Below, in pieces: positions 1 to 11,188 of a stretch of 64,000 nucleotides of DNA. Within the stretch, counting starts at the first letter, position 1. Each line of letters opens with the position of its first letter. Where the stretch lies: NCBI GenBank assembly GCA_022562055.1, contig JADFQA010000012.1, positions 14,483-78,482 on the forward strand, read 5' to 3'. The DNA comes from Acidobacteriota bacterium (GTDB taxonomy: Bacteria; Actinomycetota; Acidimicrobiia; Spongiisociales; UBA5794). A model generated the notes under the pieces. It was not told the origin of the DNA. It did no database searches and worked only from the letters and a program-made list of their open reading frames with translations. Made by a program: the position numbers and the translations under genes.

Positions 1-14
1 GGGAAGATACTGGT

Positions 15-764
<750 letters not shown>

Positions 765-1057
765 TCGATGACTAGACACACCACGGTCGCGAAGGGCGCG
801 ACTGTTGGCTTCCAACGAGGAGCCGGCCGTAATTCTGCGACAAACGGTCAAGAAGAAATTTCGCTGAAATCGCTTAAGAATCTGCAACCGGACCGACAGA
901 CCCTCTGCGAACGGGTAACCCCAAATGGCGAAGCGATATGGATCCGGCTCGGCATCACCACCAATAGCCGATGATTCATTCCCTTCACAAGGAGTTCCGC
1001 TAAGGATTCTCCTCGACACGTCGCTTCGTTATGGGTTACCAGCACTTACGAGTGCAG

Positions 1058-1092
1058 AATGAGGGTGAGGCGTTAAGCCTCACCCTCATTTT
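1058..1092 (+). terminator. Rho-independent terminator hairpin (13-bp stem) followed by TTTT
   Basis: atgagggtgaggc / gcctcaccctcat inverted repeat with loop gttaa, then tttt. Confidence 0.6.
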
Positions 1093-1149
1093 CGTCACGA
1101 TCCGTCTTCCGGCCTCGAGTGGAGCGGAAGTCGCACCGCACCCGCCCTT

Positions 1150-1593
1150 TCACTGAGGTGCACATGCCTCCCAGCCGCCCACCAGCCATCCTCCAGGGGT
1201 CAGATTCGTTCTGACCGTAAGCTTCCACGATCCGAAATCGTCCAAGAATGTCGCAGCGGCCGACTCGCCTACTTTCACTATTTGGTCGAGGTCCAGATCG
1301 TGCCAGTCCTGGCGGAGGCGATAATCGCCATCGTTGGCAATCCAATCATCGACAGCCGCGGCAGGGTCGTCGAATCCGCCGCCCTCATAGACCTCAACGC
1401 TGTAGTCGAAGATGGCTGCTTCCCGCTCGCCCGTGCACCCCGGTTCGGATCGATCATCCGCGTTCGCGTCCGTAGTCGCTGTCGTTGTCGACGCGACCGC
1501 GACGGACCCATCGAGGGCTGCGCCACCGCCACAGGCGTACGCCGCCACCGTAAAGGCCGTTGCCACAATCGCCATCCTGGGCGTCAACACCAT
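1150..1593 (-). CDS. Hypothetical secreted protein or lipoprotein
   Basis: N-terminal hydrophobic signal with Cys (AAYAC); no recognisable domain. Confidence 0.45.
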   Translation of the reverse strand: MVLTPRMAIVATAFTVAAYACGGGAALDGSVAVASTTTATTDANADDRSEPGCTGEREAAIFDYSVEVYEGGGFDDPAAAVDDWIANDGDYRLRQDWHDLDLDQIVKVGESAAATFLDDFGSWKLTVRTNLTPGGWLVGGWEACAPQ

Positions 1594-1721
1594 GACGCAA
1601 TTGTATGTTCGTGTTCACAGCTTTTGCCAGCGACTTTCCGCTCTAGCTTCCTGGCATGCGGCACATCGCCAGGCGACCCGCGCGGCTAGCTCCTCCTGCT
1701 TTGGCAGGAGGGTCGGTGCAA

Positions 1722-1757
1722 CAAGTTGGGCCCCGGATTGCTCCGGGGCCCAACTTG
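1722..1757 (-). terminator. Perfect 16-bp stem hairpin downstream of groEL, with a weak U-tract (I-shaped terminator)
   Basis: caagttgggccccgga-ttgc-tccggggcccaacttg, placed right after the groEL stop. Confidence 0.55.
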
Positions 1758-1775
1758 CATGTCAACAGACATGAG

Positions 1776-3428
<1,653 letters not shown>

Positions 3429-3734
3429 CTAACCCAACACAGCAAGTACGTCACGGGCTGAGAGAATCAAGTAATCCTCACCCTCGTACTTGACTTCTGT
3501 TCCGCCGTACTTCGAGTAGAAGACGACGTCACCAACACTGACATCGAGCGGGACACGCTCTCCGTCTTCGAAGAGACCTGGGCCGACAGCGAGTACATCA
3601 CCGAGCTGTGGTTTCTCCTTTGCCGTATCTGGGATGACAATTCCGCTTGCAGTGCGCTGTTCGTCTTCCTCTCGCGGCTGCACGACGATACGATCGCCGA
3701 GAGGCTTGAGCTTCATTCCGACTTCCTCCTTCAA
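3429..3734 (-). CDS. groES: Co-chaperonin GroES
   Basis: [13 protein letters not shown]... typical GroES, 15 nt upstream of groEL. Confidence 0.95.
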   Translation of the reverse strand: MKEEVGMKLKPLGDRIVVQPREEDEQRTASGIVIPDTAKEKPQLGDVLAVGPGLFEDGERVPLDVSVGDVVFYSKYGGTEVKYEGEDYLILSARDVLAVLG

Positions 3735-3742
3735 GGCTGGAC

Positions 3743-3769
3743 TTAGCAGTCGGGTGCTTTGATTGCTAA
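3743..3769. promoter_or_regulatory. CIRCE operator (HrcA binding site) upstream of groES
   Basis: ttagcagtc-N9-gattgctaa against consensus TTAGCACTC-N9-GAGTGCTAA (2 mismatches). Confidence 0.75.
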
Positions 3770-3775
3770 CGGATC

Positions 3776-3802
3776 GTAGCAGTCTCCAGACGCGAGTGCT
3801 AA
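3776..3802. promoter_or_regulatory. Second, tandem CIRCE-like operator
   Basis: gtagcagtc-N9-gagtgctaa; the right half is a perfect consensus. Confidence 0.6.
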
Positions 3803-3829
3803 CTCGTCATGAGGGGAAAAAAGCGCGAC

Positions 3830-4842
3830 TTAGCGACCAATTTTCAGACTTGGATCAACATCGCTGGACCAGGGGGTGAACGCTCCGAGATCGTAGTGAT
3901 AACGCGCCGCCGCGGCGATCATGGCGCCGTTGTCGGTACACATCTCGGGACTCGGTAGTAGGAGATTCACCCCGCGACGGTCTGCCTCTTCCTTGAGCTT
4001 CTGACGAAGACGTCTGTTGGCAAGCACACCTCCACCGCCCGCAACGACCTCGACGCCTGTTGCTTCTACAGCGTTGAACGTCTTGGACACAATCGTGTCA
4101 ACAATTGCTTCCTGAATCGATGCGCAGACATCTTCGAGCGGAGGGACGGCGTTCTGAGCCTTTGCCTTTTCGAGGAACGTCACAACAGACGTCTTTAGGC
4201 CCGAGAAAGAGAAATCGTACGGCCGATCACGCATCGGCCGCGGGAAACGAATTGCGTCGGGGTCGCCGCCGGTGGCGTGCAGGTCGATCGCCGGCCCTCC
4301 GGGATAACCCAGGCCCATAAAGCGGGCAAGTTTGTCGAAAGCCTCGCCCGCAGCGTCGTCCAAAGTCTGTCCCATGACGTGGTAGTCCCCCCACGCACGC
4401 ATGTGCACGATCATTGAGTGACCGCCCGATACGAGCACCACGATCGCCGGCGGTTCGTAGTCGCTGTGCTCAAGTAGGGGCGCGAACAGGTGGCCTTCCA
4501 TGTGATCGACACCGATCAGCGGTTTCCCAAGCGTCCACGCCATCATCTTCCCGTACGCATAACCCACGGCAAGCGCACCGACAAGACCGGGGCCACGGGT
4601 AACGCCGATGACGTCAAGGTCGTCGTGGTGGATGCCGGCCTGGTTGAGAGCCTGGTGCACCAGGGGCCGGATCGCCTCCACATGGGCGCGTGCGGCGACC
4701 TCGGGAAGGATCCCGCCGTAACGAGCATGCTCCTCAACCTGGGTGGCCAACACGGAAGACAGCACCTCGTTGCCTGAAAGGACCGCAACCGCGGTCTCGT
4801 CGCAGCTCGTCTCGATACCAAGTATGAGCGGCTCCGTCATAC
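3830..4842 (-). CDS. tsaD: tRNA N6-adenosine threonylcarbamoyltransferase TsaD (Kae1/Gcp); likely start MTEPLILG overlapping the rimI stop (ATGA)
   Basis: LILGIETSCDETAVAV and HMEGH motifs. Confidence 0.9.
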
Positions 4843-5385
4843 GGCCTCCTCTAAGGACTCTCGTATGTCTGCAATACGGGTGGCATAATCTTGAGTGTCT
4901 ATGTCGATCGCCCACATCACAAGAGCGTCTTCGTCGCGGTAGTAGTCCTTGCGCACCCCGACGGGTGCAAAGCCAAACCGCTCATAGAGCCGACGGGCTG
5001 CGCTGTTCGACACGCGGACCTCCAACGTCAGGTGTTTCGCTCCTATGGCCAATGCGCGATCGACAAGGTCGATCATGAGGTGGGTTCCGATGCGCTTTTG
5101 TCGTGCTTGCGGGTCGACAGCGACCGTTGTGATGTGAGCGTCGTCTTCCACAATGAGCAACCCCGCATAGGCCACAATGGCGTCATCTGCCACCGCAACA
5201 ACGTAGGTGCGTGAATCAAGACCGAGTTCGTCAACGAATACCCGCATCGACCACGGCTGCGGATACACCGCTCGCTCGAGCTCGGCAACGACAGGGATGT
5301 CGGCGATGACCATCTTGCGAATCTGGACTGCGCTCACGATGGCTCCGATCCTGGCCACACACCCTCGACCCGAAACTCTTTCCAC
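4837..5385 (-). CDS. rimI: Ribosomal-protein-alanine N-acetyltransferase (GNAT); an alternative start is at 5313
   Basis: GNAT fold motifs; conserved position between tsaB and tsaD. Confidence 0.8.
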   Translation of the reverse strand: MERVSGRGCVARIGAIVSAVQIRKMVIADIPVVAELERAVYPQPWSMRVFVDELGLDSRTYVVAVADDAIVAYAGLLIVEDDAHITTVAVDPQARQKRIGTHLMIDLVDRALAIGAKHLTLEVRVSNSAARRLYERFGFAPVGVRKDYYRDEDALVMWAIDIDTQDYATRIADIRESLEEAV

Positions 5386-6053
5386 GAGATGTCGGCGTCG
5401 ACTTCACGCATGTACCGGGGACGAATGTCGTCGACCGTGGAGAACTCCCCCGACTTGGCTTGCAGATTCGCTATCTCAAACACTACGTCCGCGGATGGGT
5501 AGCGAGGTCTGCCTTGTTTTGCCCGTTGGATGCGGTCAAGAAATCCGTCCCCGATAGCACCGACGTCGCCGACGACGAGAGTCTCCGCATCGTCGCTCGA
5601 AAGCAACGTGTGGAACTCCTCAGCGGACACGACCTGGGCAGGACCATCCGCAACAACACCGCCGGGCACTGGCATGAACGCTTGAGTTGCGACCTGGCGC
5701 CTTCGCATGTCAATGACCGGCCATATGCGCCGACGCCCCGTGGCTGCTCGCCACGCGAGTGCCGTCAACGAACCGACCGGGATAATCGGGATCCCGATCG
5801 ACGCCGCAACCGCTTGGGCAGTTGCGACGCCTATCCGCAGACCGGTGTACGGACCCGGGCCAACGTTGACCGCGACTGCGTCAAGATCGCGAGCGGACCA
5901 GCCAACTTGATCGAAGAGCATGTCGATTGCAGGAGCCAGGAACGAAAGGTGGCCAACCCGGTCAACGCGGAGGCTCATCGCAAGAAGCTGGTCGCCGTCA
6001 CCAAGCGCGACAGATGAGGCCGCAGTGGCCGTGTCGATGGCGAGAATCTTCAA
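5334..6053 (-). CDS. tsaB: tRNA threonylcarbamoyladenosine biosynthesis protein TsaB (YeaZ)
   Basis: MKILAIDTATAASSVAL... inactive Kae1 paralogue. Confidence 0.85.
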   Translation of the reverse strand: MKILAIDTATAASSVALGDGDQLLAMSLRVDRVGHLSFLAPAIDMLFDQVGWSARDLDAVAVNVGPGPYTGLRIGVATAQAVAASIGIPIIPVGSLTALAWRAATGRRRIWPVIDMRRRQVATQAFMPVPGGVVADGPAQVVSAEEFHTLLSSDDAETLVVGDVGAIGDGFLDRIQRAKQGRPRYPSADVVFEIANLQAKSGEFSTVDDIRPRYMREVDADISWKEFRVEGVWPGSEPS

Positions 6054-6511
6054 GCCAGCACCTGCTCAATGTTTCGATCCTTCCATGTGCCGCAGGCCTT
6101 GAAGTGGACCGTGCGAGCAGTGTCGGATGTGTGCTCAATGTAGATAGTTAGGTGATCGTCTGGAAGACTGGACTCGACAGCCTCTCCCCACTCAATGACC
6201 AGAACACCCGGAATGTCGAGAATATCCAGATCGGCGAGTTCCGCCGTGCTGCCGAGACGGTACATGTCGGCGTGTGTCAGTTCGAGGAACCCGTGGTAGT
6301 GCTTCACGATGGTGAACGTCGGGCTTGTGATTGGCTCAGAGATCCCCAACCCCTCGGCGATGCCACCGACGAATAGTGTCTTGCCTGCGCCAAGGCGGCC
6401 GTTGAGCAAAACCACGTCACCATCGGTCAGTAGCGGCGCGAGCCGACGGCCAATCGCTAATGTCTCGTCTGGCGAAACGCTGTCTATAGAAAATGAGTTA
6501 CTTTCGTTCAA
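6050..6511 (-). CDS. tsaE: t6A biosynthesis ATPase TsaE (YjeE)
   Basis: P-loop GRLGAGKT; SPTFTIV motif. Confidence 0.85.
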   Translation of the reverse strand: MNESNSFSIDSVSPDETLAIGRRLAPLLTDGDVVLLNGRLGAGKTLFVGGIAEGLGISEPITSPTFTIVKHYHGFLELTHADMYRLGSTAELADLDILDIPGVLVIEWGEAVESSLPDDHLTIYIEHTSDTARTVHFKACGTWKDRNIEQVLA

Positions 6512-7200
6512 AAGAGATCTAGCTGCTCGGGACTGACTGATGTCGACTCTTCGACTTCGGAGGCACCGGTCGTGTTGTCAGCAGTATCGTCGAGAATGTC
6601 GCGAACGAGGGTAAAATCTTCCTGCATCGCGGCAAGCACCCTGGCAGACCCGCGCAACGCTGCGGCGGGGTGGAACGTCGGCACGAGTTTTCTCCCCCAC
6701 CACGGGTACGCGTTGCCCCGCAGTCGGGTTATGCCGACGGTGGTGTTGAGCAGCAACTTCGACGAGAAGTTGCCCAGCGTAACGACGACCTTAGGGTCTA
6801 TCAGAGAGAGCTGCTGACGCAAATACGGCTTACAGGCATCGATTTCTAACGGGCGTGGGTCGCGGTTCCCCGGCGGGCGGCACTTCACGACATTGGCGAT
6901 GTATACGTCCTCTCTTGCGAGTCCGATCTCACCGAGCAGCGTGTCAAGCAGGGCGCCCGAGCGGCCCACAAACGGTAGTCCCTGCTCGTCCTCGTTCTTG
7001 CCAGGCGCCTCTCCCACGATGACGACCGCCGCGTCCGGGTCGCCGGCGCCAAAAACGACATTTGTGCGGGTCGGGGCAAGATCGCAATTGGTGCAGACCG
7101 AGGCTTGTTCGGACAGAATTTGCAACTCGGCCGAGCGAATGGCAGCGGGCTGTTTTGTAACAGGGGACATCACCGAACGGTACCAAGCTGGAGACAACAT
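6508..7200 (-). CDS. Uracil-DNA glycosylase, family 4 (Fe-S type)
   Basis: CTNC...GEAPG...VKCRPP motifs. Confidence 0.8.
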   Translation of the reverse strand: MLSPAWYRSVMSPVTKQPAAIRSAELQILSEQASVCTNCDLAPTRTNVVFGAGDPDAAVVIVGEAPGKNEDEQGLPFVGRSGALLDTLLGEIGLAREDVYIANVVKCRPPGNRDPRPLEIDACKPYLRQQLSLIDPKVVVTLGNFSSKLLLNTTVGITRLRGNAYPWWGRKLVPTFHPAAALRGSARVLAAMQEDFTLVRDILDDTADNTTGASEVEESTSVSPEQLDLF

Positions 7201-7423
7201 TATTGCGCTTTCTACCCCAGATCTCTGCGTGGACGGGATAAGGAGAGCGAGGAGTCCCTTGCCGGCGCGATGTCCGTTCGTTAGAAGCCGAAACTGCAGA
7301 TGTCCGTGCGACCGCTGGGTTGGACAATCGATGCGGGGCGGTGGGCTGGCGATTGCAGTCCCTCACCCAAGAACCTAGTTCCCGCATCTTGCCCTGCATC
7401 TTGTTGCGATCCCCGGCTGTCAG

Positions 7424-8554
7424 TCACACTTTCGGGCCATCGGATCGACGGGGGTACCGTCTGGGGAGTCTGGCACTGAATCCACATACGACCTCATAGC
7501 TGATCGTGTCGAGGAGATCCGCCCACTCTTCCGCAGAGATTCGGTCATTGCCCTGGGGTCCCAGAAATACGACCTCATCACCAACGCTGACGTCGTCAGA
7601 ACCACAATCGATGACGACCTGGTCCATTGTTACGTTGCCTGCAAACGGGTATCTCCGTCCGTTGATGAGGACCTCGCCCCCGGCATCAGACAGCCGTCGG
7701 GGGATTCCATCGGCGTATCCGATGGGGACGGTCGCGACGGTCGACGCGACCGGTAATGGGCGCCGTCGTCCGTAACTCAAGCGCTCCCCGGCCGGGAGCG
7801 CTTGAGTCATGGAGACATGAGACACGACACGCATCGCCGGCTGGAGATCGACAATGGCCTCCTCGTCGGGGTGCGGATACATGCCATAACAACCGAGTCC
7901 CACCCGAACGAGATCAAAGCGCGCCTCTGGGAAGTTCAGAGCGCCAGCCGTGTTGCAGGCGTGAACGAGCGGCGGGTAGATGCCTGCAGTGTGCAGTCGG
8001 TCAACGAATCCATCGAACTGCTCGATCTGAATAAGGGTAAATGCGGCGTCTTCTTCGGCAACCGCAAAGTGTGTGAAGACACCACCAAGAATCAACCGAT
8101 CATCCTGCTCGATGCGAGTCACAAGCTCGAACGCGACCTCCGCCGCTGCACCGACCCGATGCATGCCGGTGTCTACCTTGACATGAACGGCGACAGGGTC
8201 AGACGACGCGTCGGTGACCGTGGCTGCGATCGACTCGACAAAATCAAGTCGATACACGGTAGGTGTGAGGCGCCATTTGACGACGACCTCCGCCAGATCA
8301 TCTGGCGGTTCTGATAGCACGAGGATCGGAGCATCGATACCCGCCTCGCGCAACCGGATTCCCTCGTTCACAAGGGCGACTGCGAGGTGGGCGGCGCCAC
8401 CGCGAAGCGCTGCCTCGGCTGCTGGAATATCGCCGTGCCCATAGCCGTCCGCCTTCACCACCGCGCAGACTGCTGCCGGCGCAACGACCGCGGCGATGGA
8501 CCGCACGTTGTGCTCGATGGCATCGAGGTCGATTTCTATCCAGCTTGGCCGCAC
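7424..8554 (-). CDS. alr: Alanine racemase
   Basis: AVVKADGYGHG PLP-lysine motif; full-length homology. Confidence 0.9.
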   Translation of the reverse strand: MRPSWIEIDLDAIEHNVRSIAAVVAPAAVCAVVKADGYGHGDIPAAEAALRGGAAHLAVALVNEGIRLREAGIDAPILVLSEPPDDLAEVVVKWRLTPTVYRLDFVESIAATVTDASSDPVAVHVKVDTGMHRVGAAAEVAFELVTRIEQDDRLILGGVFTHFAVAEEDAAFTLIQIEQFDGFVDRLHTAGIYPPLVHACNTAGALNFPEARFDLVRVGLGCYGMYPHPDEEAIVDLQPAMRVVSHVSMTQALPAGERLSYGRRRPLPVASTVATVPIGYADGIPRRLSDAGGEVLINGRRYPFAGNVTMDQVVIDCGSDDVSVGDEVVFLGPQGNDRISAEEWADLLDTISYEVVCGFSARLPRRYPRRSDGPKV

Positions 8555-8583
8555 GCCGGTCCCTTCTGTCGTTGTTGAGGACG

Positions 8584-10065
8584 CTACTCGGGTTCTATAT
8601 GGGTGGCACCTGCGAGAACCTCGCCAACGGCGTCGATGAGGTTCGCCGCCGTGACCAGACGGTTCGCTCGTTGGCGAGCACCGGCAACTCCATGCCAGTA
8701 AGCAGCGGACCGCGCTGCAACATCGGGCTCCATCCCGGCTGCAAGGAACGCCCCGATCATGCCGCTGAGCACGTCACCTGTCCCGATCGTTGCTAGCTCT
8801 GGGCCACCGGTGTTCACAACCCAGGTTTGCTGGCCATGGATGAACGTCGGGTTGCCTTTCTCGACAATCACCGCGCCATATCGAAGAGCGGTATCAGCCA
8901 CCGGTTCGGTCTCATGACTGCGCAATGACCGGAGCTCTCCAGCATGCGGAGTGAGAACAGTCGGTGCTGAACGGGCAGCGATCGCATCGGCGTCGGCAAT
9001 CGCACGCAAGGCGTCGGCGTCGATGACGGTGGGGCCGGGCCAGCGGGTCGCGATCTCGGCGAGCACTGCGTCAGACGACCTACCCGCGCCGGGTCCGAGC
9101 ACCAAGACATCGAAGCGGTCGGCGAGCGTTAACACTGGTCCAATGTCTGCTTGAGTAAAGCAGTCGCCGCCCCCGACGCTGTGAGACAGCAGGTGGGCCG
9201 GCAGCGGGCCATCGACACCGCCGGGCCGGACAACCGTGACTGCACCGGCACCGGCCGCAAGTGCTGCTTCGGCAGCCAACACCGGAGCTCCACCCATCCC
9301 TACGGAACCGCCGACCAGCGCAACCGAACCGGCCGACCACTTGTGGCTGTGTCGGGGCCGCTGTGGCAATGGAGCGTCGCGGCTCTCGCACAACAACCAG
9401 ATCGGTATTTCGCCAGAGAGACCGATGTCGACAACGACAACGTCGCCAGCGCGCTCAGCGCCGGCACCGACAAGAAGGCCGGGTTTGAGGGCGTGGAATG
9501 TCACCGTAGTGTCCGCTGTGAAAGCACGCCCACGGACTTCGCCGGTACCGGCGTCGACACCTGAAGGTATGTCAATCGACAACACGCGCGCCGAAGTCCC
9601 CGCCCAGTCGGAGAGAACATCAGGAAGCTCGCCGCTGAATCCAACACCAAAGAGGGCGTCGATCACAAAGTCTGGTGTCCAGAGATCCGTAAGTTCGTGC
9701 AACCGCACGCCCGCCGCAAGCGCCCGCTCTCGAACGTCTGACGCAAGCGAACCTTCGTTCGGGACCGCAAACTCGTGAACCTTCACACGGACGCCGCGCT
9801 TGGCGAGATGGAACGCCGCAACCCAGCCGTCACCACCGTTGTTTCCCTTGCCGGTCAGCACCGCGACCGAATCGCCGTAACCGAGCGCTGTAATACACGA
9901 CACTGCGTAACCGGCACGCTCCATCAGCGTCGCCAAAGGGACAGACGTACTCTCGTCAAGGCGCAAAGACTCTTGTGGGGTGATCACGGGCTGCACCAGA
10001 GCAGTGTACGAAGAAACCCGGCCGATGGGTGAAATCTCAAGTCTCCCGGCCGACACATGTCCCAT
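8584..10065 (-). CDS. nnr: Bifunctional NAD(P)H-hydrate repair enzyme Nnr (YjeF-N epimerase plus YjeF-C dehydratase); true start probably near 9996
   Basis: GKGNNGGDG (YjeF_N) and GTGDVLSG (YjeF_C) motifs. Confidence 0.85.
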   Translation of the reverse strand: MGHVSAGRLEISPIGRVSSYTALVQPVITPQESLRLDESTSVPLATLMERAGYAVSCITALGYGDSVAVLTGKGNNGGDGWVAAFHLAKRGVRVKVHEFAVPNEGSLASDVRERALAAGVRLHELTDLWTPDFVIDALFGVGFSGELPDVLSDWAGTSARVLSIDIPSGVDAGTGEVRGRAFTADTTVTFHALKPGLLVGAGAERAGDVVVVDIGLSGEIPIWLLCESRDAPLPQRPRHSHKWSAGSVALVGGSVGMGGAPVLAAEAALAAGAGAVTVVRPGGVDGPLPAHLLSHSVGGGDCFTQADIGPVLTLADRFDVLVLGPGAGRSSDAVLAEIATRWPGPTVIDADALRAIADADAIAARSAPTVLTPHAGELRSLRSHETEPVADTALRYGAVIVEKGNPTFIHGQQTWVVNTGGPELATIGTGDVLSGMIGAFLAAGMEPDVAARSAAYWHGVAGARQRANRLVTAANLIDAVGEVLAGATHIEPE

Positions 10066-10794
10066 GACATCTCTGAAACGCTCAGTTCAGACCTGGGCCG
10101 CGGGAGGGGCTGCAATTGGCGCGCTGTTTCTCGCCGCGGGTTGGATCGTCGGGTTCGCCCACTCCCCAGATGTGCTGTTTGCAGTAATGATTGCGGATAA
10201 ACCCGCGTTGTGGGTCGTGACATTCACACCGATCGTGCTGTCTGTCATCGGAGGGCTTCTCGGTCTTGCGTTGGCGCAGTTTGGACAAACGCAGGGTGAT
10301 GCCACCGAGCTAGCTGAGCGCGTTGCGGAGGGCACCACCGCAGCAATCCATGAACACAATGTGGAGACGGTTCGCACGGGCAGCGTCCAATCCGAATACT
10401 TTGCATCACTTTCACACGACATGCGCACACCCTTATCAGCGATCATTGGCTTTTTGCGATCGGCGAGGACAGCGAAAACATCTCACACAGCGACCTCGTC
10501 ACCTACATGGCCGAAATCGGGTCAAGTGCGAACAGCCTGCTCAGCATCATTACCGATCTTCTCGATGCGGCGAAGTTAGACAACGGGTCGGTGGAGATCC
10601 ACATCTCTGACGTCGATGGCGGCGCGGTTGCCGCGGAGGTACCCCGTCATTTCGATCATCGTCTTGGCACTACTGGCAATGTTCCGCAGCCAACTCGTGG
10701 GAACGTAGCGGCGGTCACGCCACGCGTGCACGTTACGCTGGATCTTCACCGACGGACATCGCAAACACCATGGCATCGGTGTCGGTGTGCGTGA
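10064..10794 (+). pseudogene. Sensor histidine kinase remnant (2 TM plus HisKA), frameshifted in a T5 run near 10455 and lacking an ATPase domain
   Basis: H-box SLSHDMRTPLSAIIGF in frame 2; the continuation ...NSLLSIITDLLDAAKLDNG is in frame 1; no HATPase_c motifs downstream; the 3' end overlaps acpS. Confidence 0.6.
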
Positions 10795-11116
10795 TGGTGA
10801 GCAACACATGGGAAATTCCGAGTTGTTTCGCTCGGGCCTCGGCAACACCGAAGAGGCGCACCCGCGGTGCTCCACCACCGGTGATTTCTATATCGTGCCA
10901 TGGGATCTTGCGCCAACCCCAAAAGAGACTTTTCATCACAGCTTCTTTGCCGGCGAAACGCGCCGCAAGACGCCCTGATGGGTCCTTGTAGCGGTGGGCA
11001 TACTGCCATTCGTGATCGCTGAAACAACGATCTTTGAAATGCTCCCCATAACGTTCATACAGACGCCGGACGCGTGCAATCTCAGCAAGATCGATTCCAA
11101 GGCCAATGATGCGCAA
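10733..11116 (-). CDS. acpS: Holo-[acyl-carrier-protein] synthase
   Basis: MRIIGLGIDLAEI...GKEAVMKS motifs. Confidence 0.9.
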   Translation of the reverse strand: MRIIGLGIDLAEIARVRRLYERYGEHFKDRCFSDHEWQYAHRYKDPSGRLAARFAGKEAVMKSLFWGWRKIPWHDIEITGGGAPRVRLFGVAEARAKQLGISHVLLTITHTDTDAMVFAMSVGEDPA

Positions 11117-11188
11117 TCGATTCTCCGTCCGTGCGAGCGGAGCCTACCGTCCCCCGACAACTTCGCACACACCGGTGAACCCGGCGAA

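Noticed and set aside
765-1057. Possible small ORF or sRNA between the GerMN gene and the terminator at 1058 (e.g. ORF 768..974, or a 44-aa ORF 1031..1165 spanning the hairpin)
   Set aside because: No RBS and start combination, low-complexity translations, and the 44-aa ORF runs through the terminator stem. Left unannotated.
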